Shown here piece by piece: positions 7,221-17,096 of a stretch of 64,000 nt of DNA. Both the position numbers and the translations under genes were made by a program. Source of the stretch: Bacteroides sp. (GTDB lineage Bacteria; Bacteroidota; Bacteroidia; Bacteroidales; Muribaculaceae); contig JAAVDA010000021.1 in assembly GCA_014802045.1 (NCBI GenBank), positions 30,301 to 94,300 on the forward strand, given 5' to 3'. The notes under the pieces are model-generated. The model was not told the DNA's origin, did no database searches, and saw only the letters and a program-made list of their open reading frames with translations. Numbering within the stretch: the stretch's first letter is position 1; each line of letters opens with the position of its first letter.

Positions 7221-8354
7221 ATGAAGAAAATTCTTTTGATCGCAGCCATAGCCGCAGGAGTGGCCACGGCTTCAGCACAAGACGCACTCCGTACAACCGG
7301 AATCGGTTCAAACTGGTCGGTAGGTATCGACGGAGGTGTGACCACACCGCTCAAACATCATGCATTCTTCGGTGCTATGCGCCCGATGGTGGGTGTGCAC
7401 GCCGCCAAACAGATATCACCGACATTCGGCCTCGGCGTAGAGAGCCTGTTCGGCATCAACACCTCTTCTTGGGGTTATGGCCCTAAGAGCGCCACAGCAT
7501 TCGACAACCTTTATCTCGGAGCTTACGGCACAGTAAATCTGTTCAACCTCTTCTCGGGTTATGTGCCCGAACAGCGTGTGTTTGACATGGACCTCGTGGC
7601 CGGTGCAGGCTGGGGACGTGACATCGTGAACTCCGCAAACGGTCAGTATCATAACTATTTCGCGACTAAGGCAGGTGTGAACTTCAATTTCCACCCCAGC
7701 GAAAAAGTGACCATATCAGTGAAACCTTATGTGGCATGGGATATGAGCGACGCAGGTGTGCGCTTCTCTTCAGCCGCCTACAATGCCAACCACGCTACTT
7801 TCAATATCCTCGCAGGTGTGACCTACAACTTCGGCCCCGGCTTTGAAGCCGTGCGCGAATACAATCAGGCCGAGGTCGACGCCCTCAACGCTCAGGTCAA
7901 TGCCCTCCGTGCTGATGTAGACGCTGCCACTCTCGCCGCCGCCGCATCGCAGGCCGAGGCAGCCGCTCTGGCCGTGCAGCTCGATTCGTGCATGAATCAG
8001 GCTCCGAAGGTCATCAAGGAGGAGACCAACACCCTTTCAAGCGTGCGCTACGTGTTCTTCCGCATCGGTTCGTCTAAGATTACAGCCGACCAGATGCCTA
8101 ACGTAGAGATGATTGCCGCTTATCTGAAGAATCACCCCGACTCTAAGGTGGTCATCAAGGGTTATGCCTCGAAGGATGGTAACGAAGAATTCAATATCAA
8201 GCTTGCCGCCGCACGTGCAGAAAGCGTCCGCGACTCGCTCATCAAGAAATACGGCATCAAAGCCTCTCGCATCCAGGCTGAGGGCGAAGGCATCGGCAAC
8301 ATGTTTGTCGAAGAGTCTTGGAACCGTGTATCAATCTGCACTATTGAAGACTAA
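7221..8354 (+). CDS. OmpA-family outer membrane protein
   Basis: Signal peptide, beta-barrel, coiled linker, OmpA_C motifs IKGYASKDG, LAAARAESV, WNRVSI. Confidence 0.92.
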   Translation: MKKILLIAAIAAGVATASAQDALRTTGIGSNWSVGIDGGVTTPLKHHAFFGAMRPMVGVHAAKQISPTFGLGVESLFGINTSSWGYGPKSATAFDNLYLGAYGTVNLFNLFSGYVPEQRVFDMDLVAGAGWGRDIVNSANGQYHNYFATKAGVNFNFHPSEKVTISVKPYVAWDMSDAGVRFSSAAYNANHATFNILAGVTYNFGPGFEAVREYNQAEVDALNAQVNALRADVDAATLAAAASQAEAAALAVQLDSCMNQAPKVIKEETNTLSSVRYVFFRIGSSKITADQMPNVEMIAAYLKNHPDSKVVIKGYASKDGNEEFNIKLAAARAESVRDSLIKKYGIKASRIQAEGEGIGNMFVEESWNRVSICTIED

Positions 8355-8416
8355 GCTCACATGAACGGCCCGGAGCTTTCTTACAGGGCTTCATAACCAA
8401 CAATTCAAGCGATAAT

Positions 8417-8466
8417 TACAGCCGGGACGGAAAGCCACAGTGCTTTCCGCCCCGGCTGCAGTTTTG
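8417..8466 (+). terminator. Rho-independent terminator
   Basis: CAGCCGGGACGGAAAGC...GCTTTCCGCCCCGGCTG followed by a T-rich tract. Confidence 0.65.
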
Positions 8467-8533
8467 GAAAGGTGTGGAAAAATGACTACTTTTGTAAGTA
8501 TGTGTTCTAAATTATTAAAACGAATAGAAAGAT

Positions 8534-9142
8534 ATGTTTTCAGGTATAGTAGAAGAGCCTGCCCGTGTGGTGAAGGCTGAGCGTGATGGAGGTAATCTGA
8601 ATCTCACAGTGAAATGTTCTTTTGTCGACGAACTGAAGATAGACCAGTCCGTGGCCCACAACGGTGTGTGTCTTACCGTGGTGGCTCTTCCGGGCGACGG
8701 CACATATACAGTCACTGCTATTCAGGAAACCCTCGACCGCAGCAACCTTGGCGATCTTCGCGAGGGTGCGGCAGTGAATCTGGAGCGGAGCATGGTGATG
8801 AACGGCCGTCTGGACGGGCATATCGTGCAGGGTCATGTGGACTGCACCGCAGTGTGCGAAAGCATAGAGGAGGTGGATGGCAGCCGCTACTATAAGTTTC
8901 GCTACGACGTGAGCCCCGAACTCGTGGCCAAGGGCTATATGACGGTAGAGAAAGGTTCGGTCACGGTCAATGGCGTGAGCCTCACCGTGTGCGATTCGGA
9001 GCGCGATTCTTTCCGCGTGGCCATAATACCCTACACATATGAGCATACAAATTTCCATGAGATAGAGCCGGGCACAAGAGTGAATATCGAATTTGATATA
9101 ATAGGCAAATATCTGGCGCGTCTGAGCGAACTGCGGAGCTGA
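8534..9142 (+). CDS. ribE: Riboflavin synthase (alpha type)
   Basis: N-terminal MFSGIVEE, SVAHNGVCLTV, GHIVQGHVD, GSVTVNGVSLTV, VNIEFDIIGKY. Confidence 0.95.
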   Translation: MFSGIVEEPARVVKAERDGGNLNLTVKCSFVDELKIDQSVAHNGVCLTVVALPGDGTYTVTAIQETLDRSNLGDLREGAAVNLERSMVMNGRLDGHIVQGHVDCTAVCESIEEVDGSRYYKFRYDVSPELVAKGYMTVEKGSVTVNGVSLTVCDSERDSFRVAIIPYTYEHTNFHEIEPGTRVNIEFDIIGKYLARLSELRS

Positions 9143-9216
9143 TACCGGTGTCCGAAAGGGGAAAATAGCAGGATTTGTAGGTGCAGGAAGCGCTAATTTA
9201 GTGCTAAAAAACCGAT

Positions 9217-9666
9217 ATGCTGATATTTTCTTCCTCAACTCTCCGCACGTTGTCGCTGCTGGCTCTGCTGGTGGGAATTGACTATGTGTGCGTGCTTGCG
9301 GCTATTCTTGCCGATTTGCGTAGTGGTGTGCTCAAGGCACGCCGCACAGACACTCCACGCACGTCGCGCGGTCTGCGTCGCACTGTGGAGAAGGCTGCCC
9401 GCTATTATGTGACACTTTTCGCCATGAGTGTGATTGATGCTCTGGCTCTCGCTTCGGCTTTCTATCTGCGGGCCGTGGTGGGATGGGAATTCCCTCCGTT
9501 TCCGCTGTTCACCACTCTCGGCGCGGCCGGACTTTGCGGCATAGAGCTAAAGAGCGTGTATGAGAATTCGCGCGAAAAGGGTGATTACGACACTGTGGCA
9601 CGCACTCTCCGCCGCATGCTCACAGATGCCGATTTCCGCTCCCGGCTGCTCGATATGCTGAGGTGA
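9217..9666 (+). CDS. Phage holin-like membrane protein
   Basis: Hydrophobic helices with DLRSGVLKA, TSRGLRRTVEK and IELKSVYEN, resembling Bacteroidales holin-family proteins. Confidence 0.65.
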   Translation: MLIFSSSTLRTLSLLALLVGIDYVCVLAAILADLRSGVLKARRTDTPRTSRGLRRTVEKAARYYVTLFAMSVIDALALASAFYLRAVVGWEFPPFPLFTTLGAAGLCGIELKSVYENSREKGDYDTVARTLRRMLTDADFRSRLLDMLR

Positions 9667-9694
9667 AAATCGGAAAAGTGTACGAAAAAAACGG

Positions 9695-9722
9695 ACGGTG
9701 TGTACGATATCGTACACACCGT
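9695..9722. promoter_or_regulatory. Perfect 28-bp palindrome, candidate enhancer-binding-protein site
   Basis: ACGGTGTGTACGAT|ATCGTACACACCGT upstream of the ABC operon. Confidence 0.6.
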
Positions 9723-9760
9723 TTATGTTACCATGGTTGATTATCAGTGCTTTGACTTTT

Positions 9761-9810
9761 TGGCACGATTTATGTAGTGTAATATTATGCCGATTGGCAC
9801 GGAATGTGAG
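9761..9810 (+). promoter_or_regulatory. Two tandem sigma54-like (-24/-12) promoter motifs
   Basis: TGGCACGATTTATGTA (9761) and TGGCACGGAATGTGAG (9795) versus consensus TGGCACG-N4-TTGCW; -24 box perfect, -12 box degenerate. Confidence 0.55.
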
Positions 9811-9858
9811 TGTGTCGGTCGGCAGACGCAATGAGAAAAACAAGTAATAATAATATAA

Positions 9859-11121
9859 ATGGATAGAGAAATACCCAAAGATGTGCTCCGTCGTGAGCAG
9901 CGTACCCGTTGGATAAAGTGGGGCTCGATTGTCGCCGGAATAGTGGTGCTGGTAGTCGTGCTCCTGTCAACGATGCGCAAGAGCATAAACGAATCAGATG
10001 TAACAATGGCTTTGGCCGACAGAGGCACAATCGAGACTTCCGTGAATGCCTCGGGTCGGGTGGTGCCGGCATTCGAGGAGATTATCAACTCACCGATCTC
10101 CACCAAGATTGTGGAGGTCTATTCTCGCGAAGGCGACTCTGTGAAAGAGGGTACGCCTCTTCTGCGCCTCGACCTTCAGTCGGCTCAGACTGAGATAGAC
10201 AAGCTGATGGACGAGCGCCGGATGAAGCAATACGAGCTCGAACAGACACGTCTCAACAACCACACTTTCCTCACCAATCTTGAGATGCAGGTGAAGGTGA
10301 AGGAGATGGATGTGAACCGTAAACGGGTGGAGGTTGCCAACGAACGCCGTCTCGACAGTCTCGGTTCCGGTACGGGCGACCGTGTGCGTGAGGCCGAACT
10401 GGCCTACAGCACCGGACAGCTCGAACTCGAACAGCTCCGTCAGCAGCTCGTCAACGAGCGCAGCGTACGCGAGGCATCGATGAAGATGAAGGGGCTCGAA
10501 CTCGATATTTTCGAGAAAAACTTCGCCGAGAAGCAGCGCACTCTCAACGATGCCCGAATTCTCTCTCCGCGAGCCGCCACTCTTACTTATGTAAATAATC
10601 AGATTGGTCAGCAGATTGGTCAGGGCGAAAAAGTAGCAGTGATTTCCGATTTGTCTCATTTTAAGGTTGATGCTGAGATAGCCGACTCCTATGCCGAACG
10701 CGTGGCCGTAGGAGCCAAGGCTATCGTCCGCCTGGGTCGCCAGAAACTGGAAGGCCATGTGGCCTCAGTTACCCCGCTGTCTAAAAACGGTGTGATAGCC
10801 TTTTCGGTAGTGCTTGACAACGACGACAACGAGCGTCTGCGTTCCGGCCTGAAAACCGACGTCTTCGTGATGTGCGACATCAAGGATGAGGCTGTAAGAA
10901 TACCCAACGGTCCCTACTTCAAAGGCCCGGGCCCGTATGAGCTCTTCGTAGAGACCTCCGAAGGCGAACTTGAGAAAAAGTCTGTGCGTCTGGGCGACTC
11001 CAACTATGAATATGTAGAGGTGGTAGACGGACTAAATGCCGGCGATAGAGTGATAGTCAGCGATATGAGCAATTTCGCCAACTCGGGCCGACTCAAACTC
11101 AACAAAGAAACAAAGAAATAA
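9859..11121 (+). CDS. Efflux periplasmic adaptor (HlyD/MacA-like membrane fusion protein)
   Basis: N-terminal TM, lipoyl halves (EGDSVKEGTPLLRLD), long coiled hairpin, GLNAGDRVIVSD. Confidence 0.9.
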   Translation: MDREIPKDVLRREQRTRWIKWGSIVAGIVVLVVVLLSTMRKSINESDVTMALADRGTIETSVNASGRVVPAFEEIINSPISTKIVEVYSREGDSVKEGTPLLRLDLQSAQTEIDKLMDERRMKQYELEQTRLNNHTFLTNLEMQVKVKEMDVNRKRVEVANERRLDSLGSGTGDRVREAELAYSTGQLELEQLRQQLVNERSVREASMKMKGLELDIFEKNFAEKQRTLNDARILSPRAATLTYVNNQIGQQIGQGEKVAVISDLSHFKVDAEIADSYAERVAVGAKAIVRLGRQKLEGHVASVTPLSKNGVIAFSVVLDNDDNERLRSGLKTDVFVMCDIKDEAVRIPNGPYFKGPGPYELFVETSEGELEKKSVRLGDSNYEYVEVVDGLNAGDRVIVSDMSNFANSGRLKLNKETKK

Positions 11122-11166
11122 TAAACCAGTATAATCATAAGTAACAAACAATATAACATTACCACT

Positions 11167-11841
11167 ATGGCTATAATCAAACTTACCGGTGTAAACAAAG
11201 TGTATCGTACCAACGAAATCGAGACTCTCGCTCTCGAAAACGTGAACCTCGATGTCAACAAGGGAGAATTTCTCTCGATTATGGGTCCCTCCGGCTGCGG
11301 CAAATCCACTCTGCTCAATATCATCGGTCTGCTCGACACTCCCACATCGGGCACCGTTGAACTCAACGGCACTGTGACCGGAAAGATGAAAGACCGCGAA
11401 CTCGCTGCTTTCCGCAACAAAAACCTCGGCTTCGTGTTCCAGAGCTTCCACCTCATCCCCTCGCTCAATGTGACCGACAATGTGGAGCTTCCCCTCATCT
11501 ATCGCGGCGGAGTGAGCGAGAGCGAGCGCAAGAAGCTGGTCAAGGAGGTGCTCGACCGAGTAGGCCTCTCACACCGTATGCGCCACATGCCTTCTCAGCT
11601 CTCCGGCGGTCAGTGTCAGCGTGTGGCCGTGGCCCGCGCAATCGTTGGCAATCCTGAGATAATTCTTGCCGACGAGCCCACCGGTAACCTTGACTCAAAG
11701 ATGGGTGCAGAGGTGATGGATCTGCTCCACCGACTCAATAAGGAAGACGGCCGCACTATCGTGATGGTGACCCACAACGAAGACCAGGCCAAGCAGACCG
11801 ATCGCATAGTGCGCTTCTTCGACGGACGTCAGGTGCAGTAA
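11167..11841 (+). CDS. ABC ATP-binding protein (MacB/LolD type)
   Basis: GPSGCGKST, LSGGQCQRV, ILADEPTGNLD, MVTH. Confidence 0.95.
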   Translation: MAIIKLTGVNKVYRTNEIETLALENVNLDVNKGEFLSIMGPSGCGKSTLLNIIGLLDTPTSGTVELNGTVTGKMKDRELAAFRNKNLGFVFQSFHLIPSLNVTDNVELPLIYRGGVSESERKKLVKEVLDRVGLSHRMRHMPSQLSGGQCQRVAVARAIVGNPEIILADEPTGNLDSKMGAEVMDLLHRLNKEDGRTIVMVTHNEDQAKQTDRIVRFFDGRQVQ

Positions 11842-11888
11842 TCACACATATCCCTGACAACACCAGTTTTAACTCATATCAGTAACCT

Positions 11889-13178
11889 ATGAATAAATTC
11901 CTCCGCGACTTGCGCTCGCAGCCGCTCATATCGTCGGTGACTATAATAGGCACCGCGCTCTCCATATTCCTGATAATGGTGGTGGTGATGCTCCACAATA
12001 TCAATGTCACACCCTTTGCTCCCGAGAGCAACCGTGGCCGGTTGCTCCATGGGCAGTATGTCCACATGAGAGGAGTCGGTGAGCAGGAGGGCAACGAAAG
12101 CTCCATGAGCACCTCTCTCCCCTATCTCAAGGAGCTTTATGGAGATATGCCCGGCATTGACGAAGTGAGCTATGTGGCGGCACAGATGAAACGCATGGAT
12201 GTGAAGGGCGCCGGAGGACGTCCCTATGCTGTAGACCTCGCGCTGGTTGATGATGCTTTTTTCCGCATCTTTGATTTCAATGTGCTTTCCGGCAAGCCAT
12301 TTGACCATGCCGCTTCGGAGGCAGGGCTGAAGGAAGCGGTGATTACAGAAAGTGTGGCACGTTCGGTGTTCGGAGCTACCGATGCGGCAGGCAGAGAAAT
12401 CCTCATCGGAGGTATCCCCTACAAGGTGGCCGCGGTAGTGGCCGACGTGTCGACACTCGCCACCAACGCCTACAGTCAGGTGTATGTGCCCTACAATGTG
12501 ACCAATATGGCCAGTTGGACTTATGGCAACGAGCATACACCCGAAGGGGGGCCGTTCTCTTCGTATCTCCTGCGCTCAAAGGATGCTACAGTGCAGCAGG
12601 TCAAGGATGAGACCGCCCGCCGCATAGAGGCTCTCAGCTCACGCAAGCGTGTGAACGACAGCTATGAGATAATCTATCACGAACAGCCCTACACTCAGGA
12701 GGAATATATCATACCCCATGGATCAAACTCCACCCCCGACGTGGCAAGCGAGCGAAAGCAGCGCTATGCCTCCTATCTGATACTCCTGCTCATCCCGGCC
12801 ATCAACCTCTCTGTCATCACCCAGAGTCGTCTGCGCCGCAGGGTGAGCGAGATCGGGATCAGAAGAGCGTTCGGCTGCACCCGTTCGAGAGTGATCGCGG
12901 ATATCATTACCGAAAACTTCTCCGTCACGCTCATCGGCGGTGTCATAGGGTTTATATTCAGCGTGGTTTTCGCGTGGATTTATTGCAGCGCATCGATGCC
13001 CTCGTTCGGTCTATCCTCATCTGGCAGTAATGTGCACGCCGGTATGCTAATCAACTGGTCTACCCTCGGCATGGCCCTCCTGTTCTGTTTTGTACTCAAT
13101 CTGCTTAGCGCCGGTATCCCGGCCTGGCGTGCGTCGCGCGTCAGCCCGGTGGAAGCGCTCGGAGGTCTCACCCGCTAA
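11889..13178 (+). CDS. MacB/FtsX-type ABC permease, class A (pair 1)
   Basis: TM, large periplasmic domain, 3 TM; IPAINLS...SRLRRRVSEIGIRRAFG. Confidence 0.9.
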   Translation: MNKFLRDLRSQPLISSVTIIGTALSIFLIMVVVMLHNINVTPFAPESNRGRLLHGQYVHMRGVGEQEGNESSMSTSLPYLKELYGDMPGIDEVSYVAAQMKRMDVKGAGGRPYAVDLALVDDAFFRIFDFNVLSGKPFDHAASEAGLKEAVITESVARSVFGATDAAGREILIGGIPYKVAAVVADVSTLATNAYSQVYVPYNVTNMASWTYGNEHTPEGGPFSSYLLRSKDATVQQVKDETARRIEALSSRKRVNDSYEIIYHEQPYTQEEYIIPHGSNSTPDVASERKQRYASYLILLLIPAINLSVITQSRLRRRVSEIGIRRAFGCTRSRVIADIITENFSVTLIGGVIGFIFSVVFAWIYCSASMPSFGLSSSGSNVHAGMLINWSTLGMALLFCFVLNLLSAGIPAWRASRVSPVEALGGLTR

Positions 13179-13190
13179 ATTCTACTTGTG

Positions 13191-14471
13191 ATGAAAAGAA
13201 AACTTTCCGTACAGATACGCAACGAATGGCGTGCGAACCTATGGCTTGCCGCCGAGCTCCTGATAGTGAGCATGGTGATGTGGTATGTGCTTGTCACTGT
13301 GTTTTCCACTCTCTGGCTACGCACCGGTTCGCCCGGATATGACATCACAGGTGTATGGTTGGTGGGCTATAATGTCGTAGATGAGGAGGCTCGCGATTTC
13401 GATGCCTCGCGTGGTGATGAAGAATCTCTGCGTGACGATATGGAGGAGTTGCTCCGTCGTCTGCGTGAGGCTCCCGGAGTGAAGGCTCAGGCCGTGTCGA
13501 GCAACGCCATCCCCTACAATTACAACCGCAACGGATATACATCAACCCTCATCCGCACCGACGGGTCGGGTGAGATGCTTCAGAAATTCTTTGTCCAGAA
13601 GTTCGTGTCGCCCAATTATATCGTAGTTATGGATATACACGGCTACAATGGCGAGACTCCCGAAGAGCTGGCTGAATTCATGCGGGAGAAGCATGGCCGA
13701 CTTATAAGCGCCAATGCATTTGAGAATCAGGACGTGGTGGAATACAACACACCTGACCTCATAGGCCAGGACTGGGAGATAATGTACGATGATTCCACTA
13801 CCTCTCCGCTCAAGGTGATTCCCTTCCAGCAGCGCAACGACTATGAGCCGGCCAGAGATGCCACGATTTTCCAGTTCAATCTCCTTGACGAGCGTCCCTG
13901 GTATCCGCGCAACGGATATGAGATTACCGTGAGAATCGATCCTGAGAGAGAGAAGGAGTTCGTGGCCTGGGTCAATGAAAAGACAGGCGGTTATCTCTCT
14001 GTAGGCAACGTGTATGTCAATGACCTCACGTCTATCGACTCCATCCGCCACCTCAATCAGGCCAATATCCGTGAGCTGGTCCACAACCGTCTGGCTATCG
14101 TTGCCTTCCTCATGATGAGCATCTTCCTCGGACTGCTCGGCGCATTCTGGTTCCGCACGCAGAGCCGTGTGGGCGAGATAGCCATACGCAAGGTAAACGG
14201 TGCCACCTCCGCAATGATATTCCGCCGCCTTATGGGTGAGGGTCTGCTGATTCTCACGGCAGTGACTCCGATAGCTCTGCTGGGCGACTGGGTGCTGGTG
14301 CGTCTTGACCTCGTGGTCTATCTTTTCACTGATGCCGCTCCATTGTGGCAGTATGCGACCTGTGCGGTAATCACCTATCTGCTCATCGCTTTAGCTGTGG
14401 TGCTCGGCATCTGGTTTCCGGGTCGCAAGGCTATGGCTGTTGATCCGGCCCGTGCGCTCGCCGATGAGTAA
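13191..14471 (+). CDS. MacB/FtsX-type ABC permease, class B (pair 1)
   Basis: NEWRANLWL, FLGLLGAFWFRTQSR, C-terminal DPARALADE. Confidence 0.9.
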   Translation: MKRKLSVQIRNEWRANLWLAAELLIVSMVMWYVLVTVFSTLWLRTGSPGYDITGVWLVGYNVVDEEARDFDASRGDEESLRDDMEELLRRLREAPGVKAQAVSSNAIPYNYNRNGYTSTLIRTDGSGEMLQKFFVQKFVSPNYIVVMDIHGYNGETPEELAEFMREKHGRLISANAFENQDVVEYNTPDLIGQDWEIMYDDSTTSPLKVIPFQQRNDYEPARDATIFQFNLLDERPWYPRNGYEITVRIDPEREKEFVAWVNEKTGGYLSVGNVYVNDLTSIDSIRHLNQANIRELVHNRLAIVAFLMMSIFLGLLGAFWFRTQSRVGEIAIRKVNGATSAMIFRRLMGEGLLILTAVTPIALLGDWVLVRLDLVVYLFTDAAPLWQYATCAVITYLLIALAVVLGIWFPGRKAMAVDPARALADE

Positions 14472-14495
14472 AAACCATAAATCATATTTCTTAAG

Positions 14496-15770
14496 ATGAA
14501 ACATATTATATACGAACTGAAATCTCAGCCGGTGATTGCCGGCGTGACTCTGGTGGGTACGGCCTTAGCCATCTTTCTCATCATGGTGGTGGTGATGCTC
14601 CAGCAGGTGAAGACCGCAGGATTTTCGCCCGAGAGCAACCGTGACCGTATGCTCCACTGGCGCTACACGAGTGTGGCGCCCGAAGACTCGGAGGAGGATT
14701 CATCCAATTCGCCCCTCAGCTATAAAACGATTAAGGAACATCTTCTGCCGCTCACTACTCCTGAGGCGGTGACTGCCTACTGTATGTTTACATCCTCCCA
14801 CTCTGCCGCTATTCCGGGCGAGCAGACCGTGGCGGCTGACGTGAAGGAGACAGACCATACGTTTTTCGACGTGTTCGACTTCCATTTTATCGCCGGAGCT
14901 CCCTACACTGAGGCCGACTTTCAGTCAGGACTGCCACGCGCCGTGATTACTGAAAGCGTGGCGCGCAATATATTCAAGTCTGCCGATGTTGTGGGCCGGG
15001 AATTTCTGCTCGACACGGCTCCCTATGTGGTGAGCGGTGTGGTGAAAGATGTGTCTTCGCTCGCCGACCATGCCTATGGTCAGATTTTCATCCCCTTCAC
15101 CTCTACCGATATGATAAACGATACGTGGGAGAATGGTTATATGGGAATGCTGTCGGCCACCATCCTTGCCCGCTCCGAATCGGATTTTCCGGCGATAAGA
15201 GATGAAATAGCCCGTCGTGGCGAGGCTATCAATACGAACATGCGTGAGACTTCGGGATCCCGCTTCATCTGGCGCAACCGTCCCTACACGACTGAGAAAG
15301 ATGCTGTGGCTCACTGGGCCAATATTGAGCCCGATCTTGACGGAGACCGCAGAAGCCGTCTGATCACCTTCCTTATTCTTCTGATAGTGCCTGCCATCAA
15401 TCTCTCGTCTATGACCCAGAGCCGTCTGCGCCGCCGCACAGCGGAAATTGCTGTCCGCAGGGCTTTCGGAGCATCCGCCTCGCGCATCATGAGCTCTATA
15501 GTGATGGAAAATTTCATCACTACCTGTCTGGCCGGCATAATCGGGCTTGTGCTCTGTCTGCTCTTTGCCTGGATCTATGGCGGCTCGCTCTTTGCAGCGA
15601 GGGATAGTGCCGCCACCCCCGATGTGAGCCTTACGATGCTTTTCAGGTGGTCTACATTCTTATGGGCTCTGCTCTTCTGTTTTATTCTCAATCTGCTCTG
15701 CAGCGGATATCCCGCATGGCGTGCATCGCGTCAGAGCATAGTTAATTCACTCGCCGGTGCAAGCCGCTAA
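14496..15770 (+). CDS. MacB/FtsX-type ABC permease, class A (pair 2)
   Basis: GTALAIFLIMVVVML, PESNRDRML, VPAINLSSMTQSRLRRR. Confidence 0.9.
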   Translation: MKHIIYELKSQPVIAGVTLVGTALAIFLIMVVVMLQQVKTAGFSPESNRDRMLHWRYTSVAPEDSEEDSSNSPLSYKTIKEHLLPLTTPEAVTAYCMFTSSHSAAIPGEQTVAADVKETDHTFFDVFDFHFIAGAPYTEADFQSGLPRAVITESVARNIFKSADVVGREFLLDTAPYVVSGVVKDVSSLADHAYGQIFIPFTSTDMINDTWENGYMGMLSATILARSESDFPAIRDEIARRGEAINTNMRETSGSRFIWRNRPYTTEKDAVAHWANIEPDLDGDRRSRLITFLILLIVPAINLSSMTQSRLRRRTAEIAVRRAFGASASRIMSSIVMENFITTCLAGIIGLVLCLLFAWIYGGSLFAARDSAATPDVSLTMLFRWSTFLWALLFCFILNLLCSGYPAWRASRQSIVNSLAGASR

Positions 15771-15786
15771 TCTTATAACTATTACA

Positions 15787-17046
15787 ATGAAAAAGAAACT
15801 TTTCAGACAGATGCTCAACGAGTGGCGCTCGAATCTATGGATTTTTGTGGAATTTCTCATAGTGAGCGTGGTGCTATGGTATATCGCCGACTATTTCTAC
15901 GCCACACTTTCCACACGCCTCAGGCCGAGGGGATTTGACACCGAACATTGCTATCTGCTCAATCTCTACGAGATTACCGACAAGAGCCCTCTCTTTATTC
16001 CCGACCAGACCACGGAGCAGAAATCAGAAGCCAAGAATGAGATAATGGAGCGTCTGCGCCGCCGTCCGGAGGTAGAGGCGGTGAGCTATTCGCAGAATGC
16101 CTATCACTACAACGGTTCCAACGGATACATCACCTTTCAATATGACACTATAATTGGCTCAGGTCTGCGGAGGCTTGTCACTCCCGACTTCGTGAAGGTG
16201 TTCCGCTATCAAGGAATCAACGGAGAGACTCCCGACCAGCTTGCCCGGGAGCTTGCCGACGGTAAAATCCTTCTCACCGACAATTTCTTCGTCAATGGCG
16301 CTAAAAAGGGCAATAAGGGTAAGAAACTGTCTGAGCTGGGATCGATTGAAATCAGCATGCCAGACGACTCTGCTTGGACTTTCCGCACAGGCACTCCACT
16401 CTTCCCTATGCGCTACAGCGATTATACCACATGGAATCTGGCCGCAGTGCTATCACCTGAAGCGGTGCGCAACCCCCATATGATAGTGTGGATGAATGAG
16501 CTCTGCATCCGTGTGAGGCCCGACATGGACCACGATATTATAGAGACATTGATGAAGGAGGCGCAGACACAGTTTCATGTGGGCAATTATATCCTCACCG
16601 ACGTGAGGTCATTCGATGATATCCGCGAAGCCTTCCAGCGCACGGAGACCAACACCGAGCGCAATTATATAGTGGGTATGCTCTTCCTGCTGCTCAATAT
16701 ATTTCTCGGTCTGCTCGGCACATTCTGGTTCCGCACCCAGCAGCGTGTCAAGGAGGTGGCACTCCGCAAAGTCAATGGCGCCACTTCGGGTCAGATCTTC
16801 AGCCGACTCATCACCGAGGGTCTGGTGCTCCTTGTCATCGCCACTGTTCCGGCTCTGGTGGTCGACTATTTCCTCGCCAATGCCGAGGTGGGCACCTGGG
16901 CCGACGGCTATTTCACCTGGCCGCGACTGCTCATCTGCGGTGGAATTGCGTTTCTGCTGATGATTATCATGGTGGTGCTCGGCATCTGGTTCCCCGCGCG
17001 CAGAGCCATGAAAGTCGACCCTGCCCGTGCGCTGGCCGACGAGTGA
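15787..17046 (+). CDS. MacB/FtsX-type ABC permease, class B (pair 2)
   Basis: NEWRSNLW, FLGLLGTFWFRTQQR, DPARALADE. Confidence 0.9.
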   Translation: MKKKLFRQMLNEWRSNLWIFVEFLIVSVVLWYIADYFYATLSTRLRPRGFDTEHCYLLNLYEITDKSPLFIPDQTTEQKSEAKNEIMERLRRRPEVEAVSYSQNAYHYNGSNGYITFQYDTIIGSGLRRLVTPDFVKVFRYQGINGETPDQLARELADGKILLTDNFFVNGAKKGNKGKKLSELGSIEISMPDDSAWTFRTGTPLFPMRYSDYTTWNLAAVLSPEAVRNPHMIVWMNELCIRVRPDMDHDIIETLMKEAQTQFHVGNYILTDVRSFDDIREAFQRTETNTERNYIVGMLFLLLNIFLGLLGTFWFRTQQRVKEVALRKVNGATSGQIFSRLITEGLVLLVIATVPALVVDYFLANAEVGTWADGYFTWPRLLICGGIAFLLMIIMVVLGIWFPARRAMKVDPARALADE

Positions 17047-17096
17047 CCGCTCCAGAGAGCGTAAGACTAATTCATACTCCTCAATTCTTCTGGCAT

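Noticed and set aside
10600-10623. Tandem CAGATTGGTCAG repeat
   Set aside because: In-frame QIGQQIGQ coding repeat within the adaptor's lipoyl region; unremarkable.
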